From Dudresnaya verticillata (lineage: Eukaryota): a stretch of 64,000 nt of DNA. Numbering within the stretch: position 1 is the stretch's first letter; each line of letters opens with the position of its first letter. The stretch covers positions 1,798,001-1,862,000 of the forward strand of contig OZ374564.1 in NCBI GenBank assembly GCA_977862235.1, read 5' to 3'. Positions 1 through 9,052 of this stretch are shown here, piece by piece. Under the pieces are notes generated by a model. The model had not been told where the DNA came from. It saw only the letters and a list, made by a program, of their open reading frames with translations, and searched no databases. Both the position numbers and the translations under genes were made by a program.

Positions 1-2
1 GT

Positions 3-245
3 AAGTGCACAGACGGGTCTTATGACTCACTCACGGGCTGTTTCACAGCAGATTGCGGGCGATGCAAGAAGGAAACGGAATGTGCCACTAAGAAGTGCTG
101 GAACAAGAAATGCGTGTTCAACACGAAGAAGTCGATGGAGGAGTGCTTTCTAAGGCCGGATTGCGAAGACTGCGGCGCTAATGAGCACTGCGCTTCCGGC
201 AAGTGCTGGACCGGCAAGTGCAGAAGAGTGATCCAGAAGCTGTAG
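3..245 (+). CDS. 3' end of a Cys-rich repeat protein (5'-partial, runs off window start)
   Basis: Frame from nt 3 is open to TAG at 243-245: KCTDGSYDSLTGCFTADCGRCKKETECATKKCWNKKCVFNTKKSMEECFLRPDCEDCGANEHCASGKCWTGKCRRVIQKL*. Unit C-x2-C-x5-C-x4-CW-x2-KC occurs twice. Absent from the ORF track because it has no start in the window. Confidence 0.65.
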   Translation, partial: KCTDGSYDSLTGCFTADCGRCKKETECATKKCWNKKCVFNTKKSMEECFLRPDCEDCGANEHCASGKCWTGKCRRVIQKL

Positions 246-942
246 ACAAGCAAATTGCTGCTCTTCACAGCGACAACAGGACCTAGGGAATTATACTGCG
301 CAGCAGTGTCTAGCACTGATCCTGTTTGGACATGCAATAGGATTGCGTGCACCAGCATGTTTAACTTGTGCTCTGAAGGCACCAAACGCGCGTCTACGTC
401 ATCGAAGTTGAGCCAATGTTCACGTGCCATTGTCAAACGCGCCGGAGGATCATAAAAATGCCTCCCTGAAGTGTATCTACCGCGACTTTGGAAACCACAA
501 TTTGTTCCGGTAATGAAAGGTGCCGCATTTCGCTCCTTGCAAGCAAACCGTGCACCTTGTGGCCGCTAGCCAGCACGACGTAAGCAAAAAACTCGTGCCC
601 TTCTAACAGCGACTTATCTGGGACCTCGTAGAAGGCGCCGTCAAACAGATGCGCCAGCCCTTCTTCCCGTGCCCATACATCAGTGTCAGTATGGCTGAAG
701 TGCAATCTCTGTTCACAAGTTAGCTGTCGATCGGGGGTAATCTTCCATGATTCAGCCATCTACCGCATCTCCTCTGCCAAGAGGTTTCATTTCGGTCTTC
801 CGTAAGCATACTGAGATCACCATTTTCTCAGGTCTTCTCATCACAATCATACTGCACTACGTAGCAAGAAGCAGCGGTAAGGGTCCGAGCGGTCGGTGGG
901 ACCTAAAATGAACAAAAACTGGTCCCATTCACGCTGGTTGAG

Positions 943-2223
943 CTATGTCATTGTGTACTTGGGTCCGCCACCGCCCTGCGGCACGGTCCAAGTGATATTC
1001 TGAGAAAGTTCCTTAATGTCACAAGCCTTACAATGCAAGCAATTCTGCGCATTGACCTGCAGGGTGCGATTCCCGCCATCCTTCTCTACATATTCGTAGA
1101 CTCTGGCAGGGCAGTAGCGACCTTCGGGTCCTCCAAATTGTGGCAGGTTAAGTTTCTCTGGGACGCTTTCGTCGGTCAATACCAGATGGCACGGCTCGTC
1201 ATGATCATGATCTGTTCCACTGAGCGATACCGACGTTAGGATATCAAAGGTAGCTTTCCCGTCTGGCTTCGGATAGTCAATTGGCTTTGCTTTTGAAGCC
1301 TGTTTTGTCGAAAGATGGTCTGGCTCCGGATGAGATAGCGTCCATGGTGAATATCCTCGTGTGAGATAGGATTCTAAGGCAGCATTTACCAGACCTGGTA
1401 TCAAGCCATACTTGAAGCCCGGTCGAATGTTCCTGACCTTTTTAAGCTCATCCCAAACCCATGAACCTTTCAGCTGCTCCTCGTACCCCTCGGTAGAATC
1501 CTTTGCACTAGTCAGATTCTCGAATACCGCATCTGCCGCCAGCATTGCGCCTTTTTGTCCAGTATGTGTACCCTTTATCTTTGGGGCGTTCAGGAAGCCA
1601 TGGCTTGCTGCAACAGAACATCCGCATTGGCCAATAAGGACCCCATCCGGAAACTCCAGTTCTGGAATGGATTGAAGCCCACCTTCATTAAGAGTACGGG
1701 CGCCGTACTGTAGCACCTCTCCACATTCAAGCAATGGTCTAACGGACTGGTGGCTCTTGTACCGCTGAAACTCCTGAAACGGGGATAGGTGTGGGTTGTG
1801 ATAGTCAAGCGCCACCACAAAGCCAATAGCCACTTGCTCGTCTGCCATATGATACAAAAACGAACCGCCATAAGTCGCAAAGTCCGTTGGATATCCAATA
1901 GTGTGAACGATCTTACCCGGCTCGTGTTTAGCCAGATCCACTCTCCATACTTCCTTCACGCCTAGCGCATACGTCTGATGCTGGCGACCTTCCGCGAGTC
2001 CATAGCGCTCCGTCGCTTGTTTCGTGAGAGATCCCCGCGCGCCTTCCGCCAGCAGCGCGGCCTTACCAACAACGTCAACCCCAGGCTCGAAAGTATCTTT
2101 GTGAGTGCCATCCTTGGCAACTCCAAAGTCATTTGTGGCGACGCCACGCACTTGCCCATCATCGCCGATAAAGTCGCTTAATGCAGACGCAGTCTGGGTG
2201 GATGTGCTCGCAGTTGACAGCAC
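943..2223 (-). pseudogene. ETFQO: Electron-transfer flavoprotein:ubiquinone oxidoreductase (ETF-QO), N-terminally truncated and degenerate copy
   Basis: Diagnostic motifs GVATND, YALGVKEVW, GGSFLYH, YGARTLNEGGLQSIP, KIKGTH, RYCPARVYE and the 4Fe-4S motif NCLHCKACDIK..GGGGPKY. Homology starts only near 2170, so the N-terminal FAD-binding GxGxxG region is absent. Several normally invariant positions are altered (insertion in the IGCSAGF motif, 'TGQKGAM', 'DIKELS'). Confidence 0.8.
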
Positions 2224-2559
2224 GATGGATAGGGAAGCGGGATGCGCAGGCTACTGCGGTGGCGCATACGTCAGGAAACACATCACAGTGCGTGACGGGG
2301 GCACGTCCGCGAGCGCTTCACAGTGCGGAGCATTTCCACAGACGCGGGCTGGGTGAATGGGCTCGCAGTTGACAGCAGGATGGATAGGGGCCGCTGGAGG
2401 TACTGTTCCGCGACACTGGTGTAGAGGAAGAGGGTTTGAAAAGAGAGGAGATGGTACCGCCTGATGGTGGGAGAGGGCGGTGACCACGAGGAGGGTGCAT
2501 GCGGTGAGGTTAGGGTGCGTGGAGACATGTTCCGCTGCAGGCGGGTGACCAGCAGCCGG

Positions 2560-2865
2560 ATAGCTAATTCAGTGAGACTTCCGCCGGAGCTATCAGCGCA
2601 TATGGATATTTTTTATAGCTCCCTGTCGCCGACAGATTCGAAAAGCTATTTTCTTAGGTTTTCCATTTCGGCGACTACGGGAGCTATGTAGCTAACGGAA
2701 TGCCGCGAGTGTAAATATCTATTTTCTTAGGTATTTTGATTTCGGGAAACACGGGAGCTATGTAGCTCCCGCGGAGGAGGAAGTCAAAAAGCTAAGAAAA
2801 TATATATTACATTTCTCCAGCGCCATTAGCTATTGGCTGATATTCATATTCGTTTATAGCTTTTC
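2560..2865. repeat. AGCT-rich region with a ~48-bp motif repeated ~73 bp apart; probable transposon subterminal sequence
   Basis: 11 AGCT tetramers in ~300 bp. CTATTTTCTTAGGT...CGGGAGCTATGTAGCT occurs at ~2646 and ~2719. Confidence 0.55.
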
Positions 2866-3769
2866 ACTTTGGTCCTCCTGCGTTTGCTACTTTCTCGAGA
2901 CGCCCAGCCGCACCGCTCCGAGCCCGACATCATCTGAAAACGTACTGCCACTCAAGAAAACACACACCACACAACACCAGCGCACTTGACAAGGGCAGCA
3001 CACGACTGGAACCCTTTTCACAGCGTAGGTCGAGCCCACGCCCCCGCCCCGTCCCCACTGCTTCCGCTCTTCGCATCCGGCGCCGTGCTCGGCTTAGCGC
3101 TCGCTGCAGATGATGGCTGCGTGGGCGGCGACGTTGTCCCGCTTGGAGGGTCCGTCGGCGCCGGTGCTTGTGATGTTTGTCGTGTGTAGCCGCCAGGGAT
3201 TTTCGGCCGTGCTCGGCCGTGCGCAGCCATAGCCGAAAGAGACGATGGCAATCTGCATAGGACGCTTTTCAGCTGCATACACTACGAGCTGTGATAGCCC
3301 AACGCCTGGATATGAGGGAGGCCCCGCAGCCCTCCGCATGGAACGAGACGAGATGGGAGCGCATAAAGTCCATGGCGGGCTGGCCACCGACGATGCTGGT
3401 CTGGGCGGCGCCCGGGGGCGACGTCTGGCAGGAAGACGGGTCAGTCTGCATAGTTGCGCGCGGCAAGCAGTGACCTTGGAAGCTCGACGGTGCAAACCTG
3501 TAGCGGCGCAGCCAGGAAGACCAGCAGCAAGAGGGGAAGTATGTTGTGGTCCGGGCTCGGGAGCGGCGGCGTCGGACTGAGATTCATGAGGGACGGTGGA
3601 TACCGGACGAAAGTTGGACTTTGCGCGAAGCTACTCCGCAGCCTGAGAAGTGGAACTCTCTGTCGCAGCGTAATGACGCCCAACCTACAGTCCCACTAAG
3701 ATTGGAGTTTGGATCGTTGCACAAGAGCGCGATCATACTCGGAAAGGCTTCCTATCACTGAAGCACGAG

Positions 3770-4424
3770 ATGCGGATGGCCCTGGAAAAGCAGGCCTATC
3801 TCAATGCGTCGGGGTATGACGTGTTCATATCCCACAGTGGGCTGGACAAGGAGACGATGGCTATGCCTTTGTGGAGTATGCTCCGCGACCGGGGCGTATT
3901 GGCATTCGTAGACAGGGAAAGTCTCGCAGTTGGTAATGACGCACACGGCTCGATGGATAAGGCAATGGAGAAAGCTCGAGTCGGTGTCTTCATTGTGTCG
4001 CCCGAGTTTTCCGCCAAGCGTTGGACGATGTGGGAGCTGATGTGCTTTCAGAAACGCTGCGCGCATGGTGTGAAAGTTCTCGCCCGCGTGCCAGCTATCG
4101 TTCCTGTGTTCTATCGCGCGCATGTGGACTACCTCGGAGATGAGGCAGCCTTGTTTTAAGCCTCTGACGAAGCTGGTGATAATGTCTTTGTCAAGCATGA
4201 GTTCTTTCTTTGCGCGTGCCGCGAAGGGAGAGACAAGAGTTGCTGCTGTGATGGGAAGCATGCGCTTTCTGAAGAAAACAACTGGCATCGAAAATTTTGA
4301 GAAGGCGACCAATGGGCATGATGCTGAAAGTAGAGGAAAGCGAGAGTTGCTACTGTGACTGGTTGCAGACGATGTTTTACGCGTTGTTGATGAATTGAGA
4401 GACTTGCAGAAGGTAGCTTCATAA
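3770..4424 (+). pseudogene. TIR-domain gene, decayed (premature stop at 4157-4159, a frameshift and a second stop)
   Basis: YDVFISHSGLDKE..LRDRGVLAFVDRESLAVG..KAMEKARVGVFIVSPEFSAKRWTMWEL..IVPVFY is a classical TIR signature. Plausible helical continuation (MRFLKKTTGIENFE..LVADDVLRVVDEL*) lies in another frame ending at 4424. Confidence 0.8.
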
Positions 4425-4753
4425 ATGATGAGAATCACCCAATGCACACGGAGGGCATGCAGCCGTTTCATGAACAGTATTGTGGTTTTTGGCGAGAGAG
4501 CTTCCAACGATTCAGTGCTCCACACCACGCAAAAAAGTGATAAACCGCTGGTAGAGACACTGCCCAACTGCAAATGACCAAGGCGCTCATCACCACCACT
4601 CCCGGAACCTCAGACTTAAGTGATTCGGGGCGGCGCATTTGTGAGGGCAACATGTCTGACGCCTTTTTCATACCAAGGGGTGGACTCTGGCGCATATCTC
4701 TACCCGGACAGCCACAGCTAGTGTCAAGTTCCGGATGCCTGCGCTCCAAGACA

Positions 4754-5071
4754 TCAAGAACCAATGCGCAGGGTATACTCTATCGCCTCATAGGCGGCAA
4801 TAAGCGCACCTTCAATCGAAGCACTATGCTCCGACGCGACTTCCGTGCCCGCAAACGCGAGACGGAGTGCTCTAAGCTCCTTTCTGAGCTCGGAGACATG
4901 CGCGCGTGTCTGAAACGGGTCAGGCTCTGCCTTTTGCGCTTGTGCAACAGGAGCCAAACTCTCTAACGTGAGATACGGCAGGCGACTAAAATCGAGCTTG
5001 AAGTTAGCAAGTCTCTTGCGAGCCTCAAAACCGAAAAGCACTTCGAGCTGGTCGATGACCTGATTCCGCAC
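4754..5071 (-). CDS. Small helical/coiled-coil ORF, probably cargo of element A
   Basis: 105-aa ORF with heptad-like segment HVSELRKELRALRLAF, co-oriented with neighbouring small ORFs. No family recognised. Confidence 0.35.
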   Translation of the reverse strand: MRNQVIDQLEVLFGFEARKRLANFKLDFSRLPYLTLESLAPVAQAQKAEPDPFQTRAHVSELRKELRALRLAFAGTEVASEHSASIEGALIAAYEAIEYTLRIGS

Positions 5072-5319
5072 GGCCGAATATCTAAGTCTGCGGAACTCGA
5101 GTGCATGCGGGAAAGGCGAGCAGCGAAGCGAAGGACTTTCGGGGCGAGTTATTCACGGAAGAGGGCAAATCCGAATAGTTCGCAATGGCCGTGTCCCATT
5201 ACAAATGTGTGCAATGGATTCCGCTGCTGGTCTCCAGGCTTCCCGCAGTGGCAACCCTTGATGGTAAGTGCTAGGACCGTTCTCATCTTTACTACAGCCC
5301 GATGGCAGTCTACTCAGTT

Positions 5320-5598
5320 CTAGACGGAATCGGAAGAAGGGTCTTCTATATTGCGATCTTGACGTCCTCTGACGACACGAACGGAACTATGCAGTTCTTG
5401 AATCCGGATCCTGGCGTTGTGAAGTGTTCTCAACGTCCTTCTCCCGAAGTCATGCACAAGGTGTCTTACGAAATCAAATGCCCTTTGCACTTCGGTTTCT
5501 AGCTCCCGCACAGTGTTACGAAGATGGTAGATTTCAGCACGTAGAAGTGCCAACTCTCGCTGCACTTCGGCCATTGTTGGATTGACAGGTAGCGGCAT
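5320..5598 (-). CDS. Small coiled-coil protein with acidic tail (element A cargo)
   Basis: MPLPVNPTMAEVQRELALLRAEIYHLRNTVRELE...NIEDPSSDSV. Same layout as ORFs 5624-5947 and 17562-17831. Confidence 0.45.
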   Translation of the reverse strand: MPLPVNPTMAEVQRELALLRAEIYHLRNTVRELETEVQRAFDFVRHLVHDFGRRTLRTLHNARIRIQELHSSVRVVRGRQDRNIEDPSSDSV

Positions 5599-5623
5599 TG
5601 TTTTTGTACGAAGTCTGCAAAAG

Positions 5624-5947
5624 TCACATGGAAGCTTGAAACTGATTCTCAATGTCGAGGTCCAGGTCGGGTTCATCTTCTTCGTTGCGTTGTATCCCCA
5701 ACACCCTTTCGATTGACCGCAGCCTTTTTCTAGCACTTCGGGCAATATGAACGGCATTTATCACTACTCTGGACAATCTTTCCATAACAGCGGCAACCAC
5801 CGCCCTCATTCGTTGTCGAGCTCTTTCCACTGCCGTCCTTAATCCTTTCACCTCGCCTCGAAGAGCACACAATTCGGACAGTAGGCGAGCAGTGTCGACA
5901 TCCGAACTTCCGCTGCCTTGGTTGCGACGAGCGTGCATGGATGCCAT
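5624..5947 (-). CDS. Small coiled-coil protein with acidic tail (element A cargo)
   Basis: RLLSELCALRGEVKGLRTAVERAR...LRSIERVLGIQRNEEDEPDLDLD. Likely tandem paralogue of 5320-5598. Confidence 0.45.
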   Translation of the reverse strand: MASMHARRNQGSGSSDVDTARLLSELCALRGEVKGLRTAVERARQRMRAVVAAVMERLSRVVINAVHIARSARKRLRSIERVLGIQRNEEDEPDLDLDIENQFQASM

Positions 5948-6043
5948 AATTCCTTCCAGCTGGAAATGTGCAGTGGACCATCCGCCGCCCTCGACTGGCA
6001 GAATGTACATCCGGTATAGCCCAAAAATAGATGGAGCAGACTT

Positions 6044-9000
6044 TCATGGCTCTCTATCACAACCCTCCATCATGTGAAGATCCCATGCGAAGAATGCGTT
6101 TAAGTCTCGCAGCAGTGCTGGCGGTTCCTCTGGACCCTTAAAAGTGTACATATACGGCCTCTCCTCGAACGCATCGCAAACTTTGAAGGAAAATACAGCC
6201 ACGAGATGCTCTCCCTCCTTGCCGAGCTCCCGCAACCCGTACTGGTTTATTTCTGTCTTCAGTCCGTGGCAGTCGTTACCCGGTTGCAGTACTGCCTTCC
6301 CAACCTTATCTGGACCACACAGCAGCCAAACTGCGTCACCACCTTTGAGTTGCGGTCGATCGCATGACAGCGGTTTCTCCCTAGGTTTTCCTGTACGTTT
6401 CCCAGACTGTTGCTTACCTGGGGACATCATTAGAGTTTGTGATTCCCTTTCAGACTGATCAGTGCGTACCCTCTTCGTGTCCGGCTCTTTGTCTATCTGT
6501 TTTGCCGAACGCGCCTGTGCTTGGACCCCTGCATCTTGAGACGACCCGTTCTGCTTCTCCTCGGCCATGCGGTGCAGGCGTGCACGAGCCAGTCTGTATG
6601 TTTCCGGGTTTCTTTCGACGAGGCAACACTCCCTGTCTGTCCGAACGCAGGCAATGCCTGTTGTCATTGTCCCCGCGTGAGAGTCTGGGACCGAGCCGCC
6701 TACTGAGATCATCACAACCTTCAGGGCAGAAGGTTGTGATGATCTCAGTAAGTGCATCAGGATTTTTCTCCTCCGTCAGAACTGGTGTCCTGCTAGTCCC
6801 TGGCTTCATGAGCTTATCTCTGGGTACGGGAACAGAGGTCAGCACAGCAAACTTTCGGCGCTCCTTACACGAGATGAAGTGGTATGGGCTGGAGAGGTCT
6901 GGAGAGAAAGCGTTCTTGGATGTGTACCCTTGCGCCTTCCGAAGGCTGCTGCCTCAGCCCCATTCTGCAGTCCCTTCTTGCGAATTATCTGGACAGTAGT
7001 TGTGTCTTTGCAGAGTGAGAAAGAGTACTGCGGACTATCGAAATTGTTGTCGGTAAGTGCCTTTTGAAACAGCGGGAATTTCAAGAAGCTGCAGAACAGA
7101 AACACCCAACCACCCTCCTTCACAACACGTCCACAAAACTCGCAAAGGCGCTTGATGTCTTCTCCACTGAAATGGTTTGCGTATGCAGTTCCAGTATTTG
7201 ACATTCCCTTCGGAGCACCATACGGAGGGTCAGCAAGCACGAGGTCAAATAGAGGACTGCATTCATTCCTGATTGATTGGTCATATTCCTCCCACTTCAT
7301 CTGATATGTTCGTATCCTGCATTTGGAAAGCAGGTCCTTCTCCTCCACATCAGAACCGGTATCCAGTCTCTCCGACTTGCATGTTGAAGAAACAGAACGA
7401 CTACCCGGTCCAATACACTCGTTCGGGATGTCATTGTTACCAGCTAATGCGCCTGTGTCGTTGTCGTCTGTAGGATCCAGGACCGATTGCGTATTCTGCC
7501 TCTGCGTGTCAGTTACAGTCTCCTTAACGGCTTCCGACTGCTTTTGGCCACCAAGGGCCCCCTTCGAGTCTTTTTCTTTCCCCCCTTGAGGTTTCCCATC
7601 AACTTCAGAACTCGTCTTATCAATCTCGGAAGCTGAAACTATTGGCCTGTCACTTTCTCCTATGTCTGGAGATGTATCTTTCCCAGAATCAGTTTCTGCT
7701 TGGAACTGGTGCTTGAATTTCTTTTCCTTAACTGGAGCTTGTTGCGGGCATTCCCTTCAATAAGCGTCTATCAAGGGCTTGAGCACATCGTGCTCATTTC
7801 CGAAGTTTGCACGCACCTCGTGGTCCAGCTTCGTGGAACGAAGGAGGTTCTGGCGAATGACATTCATACCTTCAGGCCAACTCTGGCTCTCGATAAGGCG
7901 TTCGAATTCCCGTGCTTCCCTCATTGCTGCTTTAGCCCTTCCAAATTGTTCCAGAGTCTGAAAGCTGGTGACTGACCGGAAAGTCTGAAGTCGATGTACT
8001 TCGCGTAGTCGGTACAAAGTTGAAATCTGTATTTCTACGCCATCCTCCAGTTTGTTCCCATTCATGAAGGCGATTGCAGACTTCAGTGATGAAATGTGGA
8101 TGAACTTTCTGTAGACTCGGCAGTCAATTGTTCTCATTGCTCCGTCCTTGTCGAGTGTTGTCCCTTCCTTGTCTCCTGTCATCTTTGCAGCTAGATCCGG
8201 TCTCTCCTCATTTGCAATTTGTCCAATTGCGTGAATTACTCTCGTATCCAACCGCATAACTGTCTGAGCAGTCTGTTTAATGGTGTTGTTCCGATATAAC
8301 TTCGAACCGTCATACGCCTCCGCAATTTTTGGGGCATTTGGTTGTTTCCCAGTCTTGGCCTGCAACCTCTCCGCCTCCTCCCGCAGACCGCGGACCAGGT
8401 CAAAAAATGTAGTCTCGATAAAGTATCCCTGGTCCTGTTTCTCATTCTGATGTCGTGCCAGATGCTGGAGCTCATGGACGTTGTGCCCACCCTTCAAAAT
8501 CGTTACAGGCCATGCGAAAGACTGCCAGACTGTTGGGAACTCCTCCATTAACTCCAAAATAACGCAATGTCTATGCAAGCCGTCAACAATGCCGTACCAT
8601 TTGGAGCGATTGTTTGCCTTCTCCAAAGCTTCCTCCTCCGTTTACTCCTTCCCTTCCCCTTTCATATTCTTGAAATACACAACGACGTGACCCCGCAGAG
8701 ACCCAGTCATTTCGATGACAATTGGAGAGTCAGACCCGGCAACGTACCCAATGGTCCCTTCACCGCCTTTCTTCTCTGATGAGTGTAGATGAATGCGAGC
8801 TTTGAGGCGTTCCACTCCGGAGCGCACCACGGGTCTTATTGCCGTTAGCGGGAAGCACGCCCTGGGGTCAATGCTCATATTCACGGAACCCTCCAAAAAG
8901 TCAGAAAACAATGCCCTCCCCATACTTGCAGAAGAGCAATTTTGGTCCGCCTCAGATTGTGTAACAGCACCCTTTCCTGAACGTTTCTTGCCCATCCAGC

Positions 9001-9052
9001 CAAAAATGTAATTCAGCACTTTTGAACAAACGGTCGCCATACGTCTTTCCAA
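6044..9052 (-). pseudogene. ParB/Srx-like domain - beta-class DNA N6-adenine/N4-cytosine methyltransferase - Tnp1/EnSpm-like domain fusion, disrupted
   Basis: ORFs 8642-9052, 7757-8626 and 6839-7348 share one frame, separated only by single stops at 8642-8644 and 7757-7759 (linker translated by hand and open). ParB motif WYGIVDGLHRH; MTase motif IV FDLVLADPPYG followed by RVVKEGGWVFLF. After frameshifts at ~6918 and ~6700-6720: EEKNPDALTEIITTFCPEG/GSVPDSHAGTMTTGIACVRTDRECCLVE, matching the motif X-I-II region of beta-class enzymes. Confidence 0.8.

Noticed and set aside
20..759. Minus-strand ORFs 433-759 and 20-436 as a gene
   Set aside because: No recognisable motif, and the second overlaps the better-supported plus-strand Cys-rich frame.
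4526..4541. Left terminus of element A
   Set aside because: Only 11/16 identity to the right terminus, the internal TIR blocks are missing and no target duplication matches. Kept as a weak candidate only.
6044..9052. Bacterial restriction-modification or prophage contamination
   Set aside because: Embedded among eukaryotic Gypsy and CACTA-like sequences, fused to a eukaryote-type transposon domain, with no operon or restriction enzyme. Read-level confirmation is still advisable.
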